Assembly (NCBI GenBank): GCA_964016885.1
Contig: CAXHJY010001090.1
Location: 1-21,380 of the forward strand
Origin: Eledone cirrhosa
Taxonomy: Eukaryota
DNA: 21,380 bases
Direction of reading: 5' to 3'
Shown here piece after piece: positions 21,218-21,380 of this stretch. The notes below the pieces were generated by a model. That model was not told the origin of the DNA and made no database searches. It was given only the letters and a program-made list of their open reading frames with translations. The position numbers and the translations under genes are program-made. Position 1 is the first letter of the stretch. Every line of letters begins with the position of its first letter.

Positions 21218-21285
21218 TATTGTTGTTGTTATTCTTGTAGTCGTAGTTATTGTTGTATTCTTGGTATTGTTGTTGTTATTTAGTT
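21178..21285. repeat. (TAG)n followed by degenerate (TTG/TTA)n
   Basis: Pure TAG run at 21178-21216, then gttattgttgttgtt... Confidence 0.9.
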
Positions 21286-21380
21286 ATGTTATTACATGTA
21301 CTACATTGCCAAGTGAAGTCCTCTGTGTCATGGCTGTCGGCAGGTTTACATGTTGTTGTTGATGTTGTTGCTGTTGCCAT

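Overview
Repeat-dominated eukaryotic, probably intergenic or intronic, DNA with no credible host gene. The SINE family and retroelement remnants suggest a cephalopod (Octopus-like) genome, which is an inference from remembered repeat sequences and not a database result. Left to right: (TA)n; a 4.8-kb (TGG)n array grading into (TAG)n; a decayed minus-strand RTE-clade LINE fragment; a 33-copy 39-bp minisatellite; a tRNA-derived SINE; the decayed 3' end of an R4/Dong-like restriction-like-endonuclease retrotransposon interrupted by a TA-flanked fold-back MITE; a ~10-kb nearly G-free AT/CT satellite containing five near-identical, co-oriented SINE copies; and a 5'-truncated L1/Tx1-clade LINE (zf-RVT) embedded in (TTG/TAG)n. 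All very long ORFs in the track are by-products of tandem repeats. Best leads: (1) the SINE and the Tx1-like LINE end in a similar 3' sequence with a CTTGT-loop hairpin carrying one flipped base pair, a candidate SINE-LINE partnership; (2) a SINE-plus-satellite composite unit amplified in tandem.
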